A stretch of 32,000 nucleotides of DNA from contig NZ_CP054051.1 of assembly GCF_013372265.1 (NCBI RefSeq), positions 1,790,596-1,822,595 of the forward strand. The letters run 5' to 3'. The position numbers and the translations under genes are program-made. Positions 8,739 through 17,377 of the stretch are shown here, one piece after another (position 1 is the first letter of the stretch; every line of letters begins with the position of its first letter). The notes under the pieces are model-generated. The model was not told the DNA's origin, searched no databases, and was given only the letters and a program-made list of their open reading frames with translations. The DNA is from Aliarcobacter cibarius (GTDB taxonomy: Bacteria > Campylobacterota > Campylobacteria > Campylobacterales > Arcobacteraceae).

Positions 8739-8744
8739 AGATAT

Positions 8745-10796
8745 CTAAAAAAGATTTTTAAGATTATTTATTATCTCTTTCCCTTCCTCATCTTCTTTTT
8801 CTTTTCCTAGAAATTTATTTAATTTTTCCCCTAATTTATCTGCTTTTTTATCCAAAATTTCTTTTAAATCAAAAGAAATGGTAGGGTTATATAAATCATT
8901 TTGCAAAATAATTGTGAATTTATCATCTTTAATTTCTGTATCAATTTTTGCAAAAATTGTATTATTTTCTAAATCAATTTTAGAATTGTTTACTTCTATC
9001 TTACTTTTAGTACTTTGCATTAATAAATTCGATGTTAGAAGTTTATCATCAATTTTTGTATTAAGTTTTGAATTTTTATAAATCTCTTTTGTTAAATCAA
9101 CTTTAGCGAACTGATTAACAAGCTTTGTAAAATCATTTTCTAAAAAATGCCCATCTTCAAAGTCTCCTATTAAATCACCTTTTTTTGTTAAGAGATTATA
9201 ATTTAGTTTTAAATTTGCTTTTGAATCAAAATTTTCTTTTTGATTTATTAAATATAAAAATTTTTTCATACTTGATTCTTTTAAATTCGCATCGAATATA
9301 TTATCATTTAATACAAAATCAAAATTTCCATTTGCGAGATTTGATTTTCCATCTATATAAAGCTTATTTTTTACAACCTTAATATTTCCATCTAATTTAG
9401 CATCCCCTCTTAATAAAATTTTAGTAAAATCTTTTAATTTTGATAAATCATTTGAAGTAAATGTATAATTTCCTAATATATCTGAAGTTTTAAAATCAAA
9501 TATCAAATTGTTTATATCTAAATTTGCAATATTTGATGATGTTATTATTTTAGAAATTGCACTACTATTTTCATATTTTGTATCAATTTTACTATCTAAA
9601 ACAATAGTCTCATTTATATTTTTATTATAAACAGCATTTATTACTTCATTTATCAATTTAATATTTTTTAAGTTGATAAAACTATTTCCATTTAGCTCTT
9701 TAAAATTATTTATTTTTCCAGAAGCTTCAAAATTTCCTACAGCATATACAGGTTCATCTACAAGTTTAAAAAAGTTTTCTATTTTTGCATCTAAAATATT
9801 AAATTCTAGTTGTTTTAAAGAATTATCTTTTATTACAAATTTATAGTGCGTCTTACCTTCCATAATATTTGAATTTCCTTCAACATTAACATGACTATCA
9901 ACTGATTTTAAAATTCCTTGAGTTTGTAATTCTCCTTTTAATTTTTTACCAATAAAAATTTCGAGTTTTTCTAAATTTTTTACAAAAAGATTAAATTCAC
10001 TAAAATAGTCTTTATTCAATAAATCAAATTCAAATTTATCTAAATTAAAATCTAATAATGAACTTTTAAAATTAATGTTTGAAATAGCTTTATTATCAAT
10101 AAATGTACTATTTATTATTGTTCCATAACTAACATTTGAAGGTAAACCATGTTCAAATTCTTTATTTATGACTTCATTATTTAAAATACCCTCTTCTATT
10201 GTCGCTTTTAATTCTCCATTTAATTTTTCGGAATTAAAATTACTAATCTTTGCATCAACATTTAAAATTCCTTTAGAATATATAGGTTGATTTAATAAAA
10301 GTAAAAGTTCATCTATTTTTAAATTTTTAGAATCTAATAAAATATTATTTATTTCAAAATCTACTAAATTTAAATTATATTTAGTCTCTCCGCTTGCAAA
10401 ATTTGAAACTCCACTTACGTTTGAACTATTTTTATCACCTACGAAAGTTCCATTTGTAAAAAAAGATCCTTTAAACTCATAATTAAATAGATTCTTTAAA
10501 TTCTCTAATTCATTTATTTTTATATCATACTTTAAATCTACTTCCTTACTAAATAACTCAAATTTTCCATTTACATTTATGTATGAACTATCATCTATGC
10601 TTGCATTAAAATCTAATGTTTTGAATGTAAAACTTAATTTATCAACTTTAAATTTAACTTTATCTTGCTCAGTATTTACTTTTTTTTCAATATAAGATGC
10701 TATCAAAGAGTTCCCATAGTTTGTAAATAAAATTCCAAAAAATAAACTTAAAAATATAAAAATAAAAATAAAAAATATTATAAAAAACTTCTTCAA
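8745..10796 (-). CDS. AsmA-like / intermembrane transport-type large periplasmic protein with N-terminal anchor
   Basis: Single N-terminal transmembrane segment and repetitive beta-rich sequence such as GELKATIEEG and LNVDAKISNFN. The assignment is by character, not by a diagnostic motif. Confidence 0.5.
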   Translation of the reverse strand: MKKFFIIFFIFIFIFLSLFFGILFTNYGNSLIASYIEKKVNTEQDKVKFKVDKLSFTFKTLDFNASIDDSSYINVNGKFELFSKEVDLKYDIKINELENLKNLFNYEFKGSFFTNGTFVGDKNSSNVSGVSNFASGETKYNLNLVDFEINNILLDSKNLKIDELLLLLNQPIYSKGILNVDAKISNFNSEKLNGELKATIEEGILNNEVINKEFEHGLPSNVSYGTIINSTFIDNKAISNINFKSSLLDFNLDKFEFDLLNKDYFSEFNLFVKNLEKLEIFIGKKLKGELQTQGILKSVDSHVNVEGNSNIMEGKTHYKFVIKDNSLKQLEFNILDAKIENFFKLVDEPVYAVGNFEASGKINNFKELNGNSFINLKNIKLINEVINAVYNKNINETIVLDSKIDTKYENSSAISKIITSSNIANLDINNLIFDFKTSDILGNYTFTSNDLSKLKDFTKILLRGDAKLDGNIKVVKNKLYIDGKSNLANGNFDFVLNDNIFDANLKESSMKKFLYLINQKENFDSKANLKLNYNLLTKKGDLIGDFEDGHFLENDFTKLVNQFAKVDLTKEIYKNSKLNTKIDDKLLTSNLLMQSTKSKIEVNNSKIDLENNTIFAKIDTEIKDDKFTIILQNDLYNPTISFDLKEILDKKADKLGEKLNKFLGKEKEDEEGKEIINNLKNLF

Positions 10797-10882
10797 GACA
10801 ATCCTTCTTTAATAATTTTAAAAATTATAACAAATATTTAATAACAATTTTATATTTTAGCTATTTTTTAGTAATATTTTTT

Positions 10883-10888
10883 TATAAT
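10883..10888 (+). promoter_or_regulatory. Candidate -10 element (TATAAT) for atpE
   Basis: TATAAT preceded by a T-rich stretch, 74 nt upstream of the atpE ATG. Confidence 0.4.
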
Positions 10889-10962
10889 CTCAGCCATCAA
10901 AGTATTTAGTAGGGATACGCAAGCCGAATTTGCTTTGAAAATATATAATTTAAGGAAAAGAA

Positions 10963-11277
10963 ATGAAAAAAATCGTTCTTTTAATGCTAGCTATTGCTGG
11001 TTTTGCATTCGCTGCTGATGAAGCTGTTGTAAATGAAACTTTAAAAGCATACTCTGTAGTTGCTGCTGGAATTGGATTAGGTCTTGCTGCACTTGGTGGT
11101 GCTATTGGTATGGGTAATACTGCTGCTGCAACTATTGCTGGTACTGCTAGAAACCCAGGTTTAGGTGGAAAATTAATGACTACTATGTTCATTGCATTAG
11201 CGATGATCGAAGCTCAAGTTATTTATGCGCTTGTTATTGCAATGATCGCATTATATGCAAATCCATTCTTAGGGTAA
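10963..11277 (+). CDS. atpE: F0F1 ATP synthase subunit c
   Basis: GIGLGLAALGGAIGMGNTAAATIAGTARNPG and IEAQVIYALVIAMIALY with the conserved Glu. The N-terminal signal-like extension is typical of Campylobacterota subunit c. Confidence 0.97.
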   Translation: MKKIVLLMLAIAGFAFAADEAVVNETLKAYSVVAAGIGLGLAALGGAIGMGNTAAATIAGTARNPGLGGKLMTTMFIALAMIEAQVIYALVIAMIALYANPFLG

Positions 11278-11306
11278 TCTTTAAATCTACAGATTTAATA
11301 ATATCC

Positions 11307-11339
11307 AAGGTCAAGAAGTTTATCTTCTTGACCTTTTTT
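11307..11339 (+). terminator. Intrinsic terminator after atpE
   Basis: Perfect 12 bp stem AAGGTCAAGAAG-TTTAT-CTTCTTGACCTT followed by a T tract. Confidence 0.8.
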
Positions 11340-11350
11340 CTTATAAAAAT

Positions 11351-11435
11351 GCGGCTGTGGTGAAACGGTAGACACACTACCTTGAGGTGGTAGCGCCCTA
11401 CGGGTGTGCGAGTTCAAATCTCGCCAGCCGCACCA
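11351..11435 (+). tRNA. tRNA-Leu (anticodon GAG)
   Basis: Acceptor arms GCGGCTG/CAGCCGC, anticodon arm CTACC-TTGAGGT-GGTAG giving GAG, long type II variable arm, GAGTTCAAATCTC T-arm, encoded CCA. Confidence 0.95.
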
Positions 11436-11545
11436 TCGAGTTGATAGACTTTAGAAGCTCTTTAGCTATCTTCTTTAAACTTACACTTTACCTACCAATA
11501 CACAAAACGATACACAAACTGAAACTTTTATTGAAGGTTTTTAGA

Positions 11546-12079
11546 GTGATTTCTTTAGTTAAAACAACAAATAACTATTACAAAATTAGACTAAGAGTTT
11601 ATTATAAGTTAGTACCCTACTTCAAAAGAAATGAAATAAACAAAAGTTTGAGAACTAAAAAACTTACTGAAGCAAAAATGAAAGCTACTAATAACATATC
11701 AGTAATTTTTAATAGGGTTGATGTATGTAAAGTTTCAGTTTTTTCAAGAGAGTTACTACAAGTATTTTTAAATATTATGAAAAATGCAAAAGAGGCATTT
11801 GAAAATAAAAATATAGAAAATAAAATAATTGAAATATCTATCAGAAAAATAAATGAAACGGTAAAAATTGAGATTTATGATAACGCTGGAAATATAGATG
11901 AAAAGATAAAAGATAAGATTTTTGACCCTTATTTTTCCACAAAAGATGAAAAAACAGGAACAGGACTAGGAATGTACATGTCAAAAACAATTATAGAAAA
12001 ACATCTAAACGGCCAACTTGGATTCTATAATAAAGATGAAGGAGTAGTTTTCTTTATAGACTTAATTTCACAAGAGTGA
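11546..12079 (+). pseudogene. Chimeric or degenerate ORF: integrase-like N-terminal segment joined to a histidine-kinase ATPase C-terminus
   Basis: The N-terminal part TTNNYYKIRLRVYYKLVPYFKRNEINKSLRTKKLTEAKMKATN resembles the N-terminal region of tyrosine recombinases. The C-terminal part has LLQVFLNIMKNAKEAF, DNAGNIDEKI and TGTGLGMYMSKTIIEKH, with no H-box. The track ORF start at 11387 lies inside the tRNA and is spurious. Confidence 0.6.
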
Positions 12080-12105
12080 TATTTTATTTTTCCAATAAAA
12101 TATCA
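12077..12105. terminator. Hairpin terminator between convergent ORFs
   Basis: Perfect 12 bp inverted repeat TGATATTTTATT-TTTCC-AATAAAATATCA. The stem overlaps both stop codons. Confidence 0.5.
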
Positions 12106-12473
12106 GCTTTTGTTTTTAATTTCTTCTTGTGTAAAAGCTCTTTTTCTCTTTGTGAAAAACTCTCTTCTTTTTCAATTTTTGGCTCTTTTTTTACAGCTTT
12201 TTTCTTATCTTCTTTAACCTCTGACTCTTTTTTGAAAATAGTCAAAACAAGATATATTGAAAGTAAAATATTGAATAGTATTATAAACCACTTTCCAAAA
12301 AGTATATATTTTAAGTACTCTATATTTTGTGTAATTTTTAAATATTCAACAATATCTCCATAAATAAATCCAGAAAATAATGCAACTAAAGTAAGGAAAA
12401 ATATTAATATAGCCCTTTTTCTAAATTTATATAAGTAGTACCAAAACAGTGCAGATTTTACTTGCTTAAACAT
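12084..12473 (-). CDS. Hypothetical membrane protein with two transmembrane segments and a Lys/Glu-rich tail
   Basis: Open reading frame with hydrophobic segments ILIFFLTLVALFSGFIYG and WFIILFNILLSIYLVLTIF; no family motif recognised. Confidence 0.6.
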   Translation of the reverse strand: MFKQVKSALFWYYLYKFRKRAILIFFLTLVALFSGFIYGDIVEYLKITQNIEYLKYILFGKWFIILFNILLSIYLVLTIFKKESEVKEDKKKAVKKEPKIEKEESFSQREKELLHKKKLKTKADILLEK

Positions 12474-12481
12474 CTTTTAGC

Positions 12482-12799
12482 CTAAACAAAAAAGTTAATA
12501 CCAAGAGCTGCAAGTGCAACAGCTAATGATTTCGTTTTTAAATCATCTATAATTTTTCTCTCTTCATCTGCAATAATTATCTCTAAATCTTCATCTGTAA
12601 AATCGTCTAATGTTTTATGATTTTCAACAAGTCGTGCTTTTGTAGCAATAATAGCTTTTTCTCTAATTTTTAAATTTATCAAATCTTTTAACTGATTACT
12701 TTTTATTTTTGGATAATCAAAAACTTTTGTTGCACCTTCGCTTGCAATATTTACAATCTCTTTTGATTTCTCTTTTAAAATATCTTTAATTCCCATCAT
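12482..12799 (-). CDS. Hypothetical protein, mostly helical, with a small C-terminal hydrophobic stretch
   Basis: Open reading frame of 105 aa on the same strand and 8 bp upstream of the 12084..12473 ORF. No motif recognised. Confidence 0.6.
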   Translation of the reverse strand: MMGIKDILKEKSKEIVNIASEGATKVFDYPKIKSNQLKDLINLKIREKAIIATKARLVENHKTLDDFTDEDLEIIIADEERKIIDDLKTKSLAVALAALGINFFV

Positions 12800-12839
12800 C
12801 TACCTTTTAAAAATTTAAAAGATTGTATCATAGAAATAT

Positions 12840-12953
12840 TTACGAAAGGTATTCCCATCTTTTATATTTTGAGGCTAATTCTTTTAATTCATCAAAACCA
12901 AAGACTTTAATAAATACAAATCTTCCACTTTCCAAAAAAGCTTTAATTTTCAT
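12840..12953 (-). CDS. Possible small protein (37 aa)
   Basis: Manual translation: MKIKAFLESGRFVFIKVFGFDELKELASKYKRWEYLS. It fills a gap upstream of two same-strand small ORFs. Coding status is uncertain. Confidence 0.35.
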   Translation of the reverse strand: MKIKAFLESGRFVFIKVFGFDELKELASKYKRWEYLS

Positions 12954-13076
12954 AAAAATCCTTTTTATAATAATAGTTTATTTTATTAAATCTTAACTAA
13001 TTTCTTGCTTAATAATATATGCTTTTATATATTTATTAATATTTTATGATATACTTTTGTATATTTAAGGAAGATT

Positions 13077-13313
13077 ATGGACAAAGAAGAATTTAAAAAC
13101 CTTTTAAAAAAAGCAAAGCTCACAAAATCATCGTTTTCTAGACTTTTGGGTTTAAAATATCAAAGTGTAAATACATGGGGAAACAACAGTAGAGGAATTC
13201 CATATTGGGTTAAATCTTGGCTACATTTGTATATTTTAAATATGGAATATGAAAATTTAAAAACAGTTCTAAAAAATAGTAATATTTGTGATGAATTAAA
13301 TAAGAAAAAATAA
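13077..13313 (+). CDS. Small helix-turn-helix DNA-binding protein
   Basis: LLKKAKLTKSSFSRLLGLKYQSVNTWGNNSRGIPYWVKSWLHLY fits the Cro/XRE-type helix-turn-helix found in small phage-like regulators. AAGGAAG Shine-Dalgarno upstream. Confidence 0.65.
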   Translation: MDKEEFKNLLKKAKLTKSSFSRLLGLKYQSVNTWGNNSRGIPYWVKSWLHLYILNMEYENLKTVLKNSNICDELNKKK

Positions 13314-13373
13314 TATAAAAGCCGTAACAAAGCCTTTTTTTTGTATATTATCAAAAAATATACAGGAAAAAAT

Positions 13374-14609
13374 ATGCGTGATTTTTTACAAAAAGCTAAA
13401 CAAAGCAGCCGTATTATCGGCACTTTGGGAACTGCAATGAAAAATAATATTTTACTCCAAATGGCAGACGAATTAATCAACTCTACTTTTATGATTTTAG
13501 AGGCTAATAATCTTGACATGCAAGTTGCAAAAGAGATGAATTTAAGCTCTGCCATGCAGGATAGACTTTTTTTAAATGAAAAAAGAGTTTGTGATATGGC
13601 AAATGCAATAAGACAAATTGCTTCACAAACTGAACCAGTAGGAAAAATTCTTGATGGTTGGGTAACAAAAGATGGTTTAAATATTCAAAAAGTATCTATT
13701 CCAATAGGAGTTATTGGGATCATCTATGAAAGCCGTCCAAATGTTACAAGTGATACAGCAGCTTTATGCTTTAAAAGTGGAAATGTTTGCGTGCTAAAAG
13801 GTGGAAAAGAGGCTGAAAATTCAAATCAAGCAATAGCTAAAATTTTGCAAGCCGTACTAGAAAAAAATTCCCTTCCAAAAGAAGCTATATCTTTACTTCC
13901 AGATAGTAGTCGTGAGGGTGTTGCAAAATTAATCAAAGAAGATAAATTTGTAGATTTAATAGTTCCAAGAGGTGGAGAGGCATTAATTAGATTTATTAGC
14001 GAAAACTCTGCTATTCCTGTTATTAAACATGATAAAGGTATTTGTCATACTTATATAGATGAAGATGCAGCAATTGGTAAAGTTACAGATATTGTAATAA
14101 ATGCTAAATGCCAAAGACCTAGTGCTTGTAATTCATTAGAAACTTTATTAATCCATCAAAATATAGCTCCACACATTTTAAATGGCCTTGATGAATCTTT
14201 AAAAGAGCAAAATACTACAATAAAAGGTTGTACTGAGACTTTAAATTATATAAAAGCTATTCCTTTGATTGAAAAAGATTTTGATATAGAATATTTAGAC
14301 AATGTTTTAAATATAAAAATTGTAAAAAATATTGATGAAGCTATCAATCATATTCAAAAACATGGTTCAGGCCACTCTGAAGCTATTTTAAGTGAGAATT
14401 ATACAGCTATTAACAAGTTTTTAAATGAAGTTGATGCAGCTTGTGTTTATGCAAATGCTAGCACAAGATTTACTGATGGAGGAGAGTTTGGATTAGGTGC
14501 TGAAGTTGGAATTTCTACAAATAAACTTCATTCAAGAGGTCCAATGGGAATAAATGATTTAACAACATTTAAATACAAAATATATGGCAATGGCCAAATC
14601 AGAAAGTAG
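13374..14609 (+). CDS. proA: Gamma-glutamyl phosphate reductase
   Basis: IPIGVIGIIYESRPNVTSDTAALCFKSGNVCVLKGGKEA, KCQRPSACNSLETLLIH and NASTRFTDGGEFGLGAEVGISTNKLHSRGPMG. The ORF track begins 11 codons earlier at a non-ATG codon. Confidence 0.96.
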   Translation: MRDFLQKAKQSSRIIGTLGTAMKNNILLQMADELINSTFMILEANNLDMQVAKEMNLSSAMQDRLFLNEKRVCDMANAIRQIASQTEPVGKILDGWVTKDGLNIQKVSIPIGVIGIIYESRPNVTSDTAALCFKSGNVCVLKGGKEAENSNQAIAKILQAVLEKNSLPKEAISLLPDSSREGVAKLIKEDKFVDLIVPRGGEALIRFISENSAIPVIKHDKGICHTYIDEDAAIGKVTDIVINAKCQRPSACNSLETLLIHQNIAPHILNGLDESLKEQNTTIKGCTETLNYIKAIPLIEKDFDIEYLDNVLNIKIVKNIDEAINHIQKHGSGHSEAILSENYTAINKFLNEVDAACVYANASTRFTDGGEFGLGAEVGISTNKLHSRGPMGINDLTTFKYKIYGNGQIRK

Positions 14610-14617
14610 GAATTTCA

Positions 14618-16489
14618 ATGACAACTAGACTTTTTTTAACATTTCTTAGCTCTTTAGCTATTATGTTTTTTTGGCTTTTTTTAGGAGAAAAAGCTATTTT
14701 AAAAGATGATTCAAATAAATTTTCAAAGCTACAATGTGTATCTTATGCACCATTTGGAAAAGATGAATCTCCTTTTTTATTTGATAAAGGATTAGTATTA
14801 AAAGAAGAGAATATCAAAAAAGATTTAGAACTTCTTTCAAAATATACAAGTTGTATTAGAACATACTCAACAGTTGGACTTGAAGCAATACCAAAATATG
14901 CAAAAGAGTATAATCTTCAAATGTTAATGGGTGTATGGGTTAGTAAAAGTGAAAAACAATCTAGAGATGAAATTGAAACTTTAAAAAAATTAGCATCACA
15001 ATATCCTGAAGTTATTAAAAGTGTTATTGTTGGTAATGAAGTTCTTCTAAGAGGTGATTTAAGTGAGAAAAAATTAACAGAATATATCTTAGAAGTAAAA
15101 CAAGCTTTACCAAATATAAGAGTAACTTATGCAGATGTTTGGGAATTCTGGCTTAAACATCCAAATATGAAAAATGTTACTGACTTTGTAACTATTCACA
15201 TTTTACCTTATTGGGAAGATTTACCAATGAGTATTGAGAAATCTATTAATCATTTAGCTGATGTTAGAGTAAAAGTTGAAAAAGAGTTAGGAACTTCTAA
15301 TATTTTAATAGGTGAAACTGGTTGGCCAAGCGAAGGAAGAGCAAGAGAAGATGCTGTTCCAAGTAGAATAAATCAAGCAAAATATGTAAGAGATTTTGTA
15401 AATCTTGCAAATGAAAGAAATTGGAATTACAACATAATCGAAGCTTTTGATCAACCTTGGAAAAGAGTTAGTGAAGGTGCTGTTGGTGGATATTGGGGGC
15501 TTTTTGATGCAGATAGAGCTGATAAAAATGTATTTGCAGGAGATGTTTCAAACTTCCCTAATTATCTATATTTAGCATTTGTATCTTTAGGGTTAGCACT
15601 AGCTTTCTCAACAATGCTTAGAAAGAAAAAACTATCAAAAACTAGAATAATAGCATTTAGCATAGTAAATACTATTTTTGCACTACTTTTAACTCTACAA
15701 ATTGAGCAATATTATGTAATTTCTAGAAATTATTTAGAAGCTTCTTGGGCAATAATAGTTGTTGGATTATGTTTATATATGTACAATTTTGTGCTTGTTA
15801 AAATCTTACAAACTACAAAAGATGATTTTATACCTAAATATCCTTTCTATTTAGCAGCCTTCTTAGTATTTATAATCTCTACAAATTTAGCATATAATGG
15901 AAGATATGAAAACTTTGAGATTTATGGTTTTGCGCTTCTAGCAATTTCATTTATTTATACTTTAGTTGGAAGATTTAAAGAGTTACATTTTGGATTATTT
16001 GAAAAACTTTTAGGAACAACTATATTTATAAATGCCGTTGTGACTTTATACAATGAAACTATTTTAAATGTGTTTTCAAATATCTGGTTTATTATAACTT
16101 TGGTTTTTGCTTCTATATTAATTATAAGTAAAGAGTCAATATTTAAAGCAAAAGAGTATATTTTCTTTGCAATAATTTTTACTACACTAATAGCTCTATT
16201 TAAAAGTGGCTTCATTTCAAACAATGAATTAGCTATTGCTTGTAACAATGATGGAAGTGGTTTAAGTTGTACTTTAAGAAGCTCTATGTGGTCTTATATT
16301 TATTTTGGATACTTAGGTGTATTAGCCTTAATTTTTGGTATTCTAAGCCTTATTTTAAATAATAAAAGATTTACTATTTTAGGACTTTTTATTGCTATTT
16401 TCTCAATTATTCTTACAAATACTTTCTTAGGAAGTATTGCATTTATGTTAGTAATTTATTCTATTTCAAAACAAATTTATAAAAAATAG
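14618..16489 (+). CDS. Glycoside hydrolase family 17-like protein with a polytopic C-terminal membrane domain
   Basis: CVSYAPFG, VIVGNEVLLRGD (acid/base region), ILIGETGWPSEG (nucleophile region), IIEAFDQPWK and GGYWGLFDADR, followed by about eight hydrophobic segments. Confidence 0.85.
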   Translation: MTTRLFLTFLSSLAIMFFWLFLGEKAILKDDSNKFSKLQCVSYAPFGKDESPFLFDKGLVLKEENIKKDLELLSKYTSCIRTYSTVGLEAIPKYAKEYNLQMLMGVWVSKSEKQSRDEIETLKKLASQYPEVIKSVIVGNEVLLRGDLSEKKLTEYILEVKQALPNIRVTYADVWEFWLKHPNMKNVTDFVTIHILPYWEDLPMSIEKSINHLADVRVKVEKELGTSNILIGETGWPSEGRAREDAVPSRINQAKYVRDFVNLANERNWNYNIIEAFDQPWKRVSEGAVGGYWGLFDADRADKNVFAGDVSNFPNYLYLAFVSLGLALAFSTMLRKKKLSKTRIIAFSIVNTIFALLLTLQIEQYYVISRNYLEASWAIIVVGLCLYMYNFVLVKILQTTKDDFIPKYPFYLAAFLVFIISTNLAYNGRYENFEIYGFALLAISFIYTLVGRFKELHFGLFEKLLGTTIFINAVVTLYNETILNVFSNIWFIITLVFASILIISKESIFKAKEYIFFAIIFTTLIALFKSGFISNNELAIACNNDGSGLSCTLRSSMWSYIYFGYLGVLALIFGILSLILNNKRFTILGLFIAIFSIILTNTFLGSIAFMLVIYSISKQIYKK

Positions 16490-16522
16490 TATAAGAAAGA
16501 AGTAAAACTTCTTTCTTATACT
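16488..16522. terminator. Bidirectional hairpin terminator
   Basis: Perfect 16 bp inverted repeat AGTATAAGAAAGAAGT-AAA-ACTTCTTTCTTATACT between convergent genes. There is no strong T tract. Confidence 0.6.
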
Positions 16523-17340
16523 TTAACTGCTTGAGTTATTATAAGCTCACTTTTATTACAAAATTTCTTTATTTTAAAAGCGTTTGTTGTTACACTATTT
16601 TCAATATCTATAACCATCATTTGCAGAATTGAGAAACATGAATTTGGAACCTCAAAATGTGCTCCAAGACCAGTTGTTGCTCTTTGTATTGGGGAATAAG
16701 AGTCCATGCCAATAACATTGTCATAACAACCTGTTAATCCAATATCTGTCAAATATGCCGTATTATCAAGAATTTGCAAATCATCTGTTCCTACATGTGT
16801 ATGAGTCCCACAAATTCCACTTACTTGATTTTTAAACATCATTAACATTACTCTTTTTTCACTTGTTGCTTCACCATGAAAGTCTATGAAGATATTGTCT
16901 ATATTTTGTTCTTTTAACTCTTCAACTACTTTCTTAGCAAGATTAAAAGGATTATCTACAATTGGCATTGAATATTGACCCATAAGATTTAAAACTGCTA
17001 GTTTTTCAATTTTTTCATCAACTTTTACATCACAGATTTTAAGTCCAGTTCCAATTACACCAATAGGATAATTATGTGGTCTTAAAACATTTCCAGTTTC
17101 AAGTAAAACATTCATATCTTTTTTCTTGTCAAAACTATGATTTCCTCCAGTAATTAAATCAATTCCACTTGAAAAAAGTTCTTTTGCACTTTCTAAAGTA
17201 AGTCCAAATCCATGACTTGCATTCTCACCATTTGCTATTACAAAGTCAATACCAAACTCTTTTTTTATATCTTTTAAACTATCTTTTATTATTTTTCTTC
17301 CTGGACGCCCTACAATATCGCCTATAAATCCTATTCTCAT
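16516..17340 (-). CDS. ymdB: YmdB-family metallophosphoesterase (calcineurin-like)
   Basis: MRIGFIGDIVGRPGRK, IANGENASHGFGLT, ITGGNHSFDKK, IFIDFHGEATSEK, CGTHTHVGTDD and LTDIGLTGCYDNVIGMD. Confidence 0.93.
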   Translation of the reverse strand: MRIGFIGDIVGRPGRKIIKDSLKDIKKEFGIDFVIANGENASHGFGLTLESAKELFSSGIDLITGGNHSFDKKKDMNVLLETGNVLRPHNYPIGVIGTGLKICDVKVDEKIEKLAVLNLMGQYSMPIVDNPFNLAKKVVEELKEQNIDNIFIDFHGEATSEKRVMLMMFKNQVSGICGTHTHVGTDDLQILDNTAYLTDIGLTGCYDNVIGMDSYSPIQRATTGLGAHFEVPNSCFSILQMMVIDIENSVTTNAFKIKKFCNKSELIITQAVKV

Positions 17341-17377
17341 CTATCTTCTTTTCTAAATTTTTTGTAATTATATTAGA

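Noticed and set aside
8878-9382. Plus-strand ORFs at 8878..9081 and 9185..9382
   Set aside because: Antisense to the long AsmA-like frame; Leu/Phe-rich artefacts of AT-rich DNA.
10950-11192. Minus-strand ORF over atpE
   Set aside because: Antisense shadow of the Ala/Gly-rich subunit c gene; no RBS or family signature.
11387-11545. 5' portion of the track ORF beginning at 11387
   Set aside because: It starts inside tRNA-Leu, so this part cannot be a genuine protein N-terminus; a GTG at 11546 is the earliest plausible alternative.
12076-12363. Plus-strand 95 aa ORF
   Set aside because: Antisense to the 12084..12473 gene; Phe/Ser-rich artefact.
13316-13345. Possible terminator before proA (AAAAGCCGTAACAAAGCC followed by T8)
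   Set aside because: The AAAGCC copies are direct repeats and do not form a complementary stem, so there is no convincing hairpin.
13160-13555. Minus-strand 131 aa ORF spanning the HTH gene and proA start
   Set aside because: Overlaps two better supported plus-strand genes and has no recognisable motif.
15955-16248. Minus-strand ORF inside the GH17 gene
   Set aside because: Antisense to the predicted membrane domain coding region.
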